Shown here piece after piece: positions 34,890 through 35,660 of a stretch of DNA of 35,660 bases (the first letter of the stretch is position 1; each line of letters opens with the position of its first letter). A model generated the notes under the pieces. The model was not told where the DNA came from. It did not search any database and saw nothing but the letters and a program-made list of their open reading frames with translations. Source of the DNA: Fonticula alba ATCC 38817 (taxonomy: Eukaryota > Protista > Nucleariida); assembly GCA_000388065.2 (NCBI GenBank), contig KB932201.1, one strand, 5' to 3'. Both the position numbers and the translations under genes were made by a program.

Positions 34890-35652
34890 AGGGGGGGGGG
34901 AGAAGGCCCGGGGGCGGTTAGAGTGATGCGAGCGCCTGGGCGGGGGAGGCGGTCGCGGGAGGCGAGGCGGGCGGGTGGGGCGGGAGAACGGAGTCCATGT
35001 ACCATTCTGGTTGTTGCGGCGCGAAAGGGGATCCGTGCGGACCGTGAAGGAGAGGATCTTGCGCGTGCGCGAAGACAGGCGGTTGCTGAAGCAGTAGCGG
35101 TAGCGGTTCTTGCCCGGAGTATCGGAGTCATTCTCGGAGGAGGTAAAGGCGAAGGTCTCGGAGGTGGCCTTCTCCGTTTGGTGGAGGATGTTGCTGGAGG
35201 GGGAGTAGAGCTGCACGTGTGCATGGGGGCGATGGGGAGGAAAAGCCGTCCCAAGCACCAGCAACGACAGCAGCGACGGTGGCAAGTGTGTCAGGGTACA
35301 GGGCGGCAGACGGCATGCCAGGGGCGAGGCTCGCCACAAAGGGGGTGCATGGGAACGCACATAGAAATCCACATCCAGCTTGCCGCCCTGGGTCACCTCG
35401 AAGGTGACACTCATGCGATCGCCGGGGGACAGCTCCTCAAAGAAGCAGCGCTCCTCGTTGGGGCCGAGGATCAGGGTGAAGGCCGAGGTGAAGCTGGGCC
35501 GATGCAGGGGAATCCGGGCGTTAGAGATGCGGCAAGGGGAGGCCAGGAGGGTGCGCTTGGCTGGAGGGGGGGGAATACCTGACTAGCGACGCGATCAGCA
35601 TCGTGAACAGCAGCACCAGGCGTCCCAACCGGAAAAGGGGCGAGGAGGACAT
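34591..35652 (-). CDS. TMED2: p24 family cargo receptor, beta subfamily (TMED2/Emp24), 3 introns
   Basis: Signal peptide MSSSPLFRLGRLVLLFTMLIASLV; GOLD domain EERCFFE...FEVTQGGKLDVDF...YRYCFSN; coiled coil YLRVREATHRSTAESSNSRIKYWS; TM helix and tail FLKRFFEVRRTV-stop. Confidence 0.92.
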
Positions 35653-35660
35653 GGTGACTC

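Overview
GC-rich, intron-rich eukaryotic genomic DNA from a draft assembly with four N gaps and many microsatellites and G/C homopolymer runs. The style suggests a protist, possibly a Fonticula-like holomycotan, but this is an inference and cannot be confirmed from the window. Splicing by hand gives nine well-supported genes: (+) cytochrome-b5/front-end fatty acid desaturase, (-) bacterial-type MTA/SAH deaminase (amidohydrolase), (-) Maf pyrophosphatase with the YceF (m7GTP) signature, (-) cytosolic seryl-tRNA synthetase, (+) LYRM7/Mzm1, (-) SLC26/SulP-STAS anion transporter, (+) ALYREF/Yra1 with one very large 2.16 kb intron, (+) a 1559-aa single-exon protein, and (-) p24 protein TMED2/Emp24. 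The 3' end of an unidentified gene lies at the left edge. The standout is the intronless 1559-aa protein: a mitochondrial-type presequence, an acidic tandem repeat, then about 22 tandem helix-turn-helix-like units with no catalytic domain that I can recognise. It is a candidate modular organellar nucleic-acid-binding repeat protein. Also notable is a 5' splice-site consensus of GTRCGY (+4 C instead of +4 A). No rRNA, tRNA, CRISPR array or transposase could be supported.
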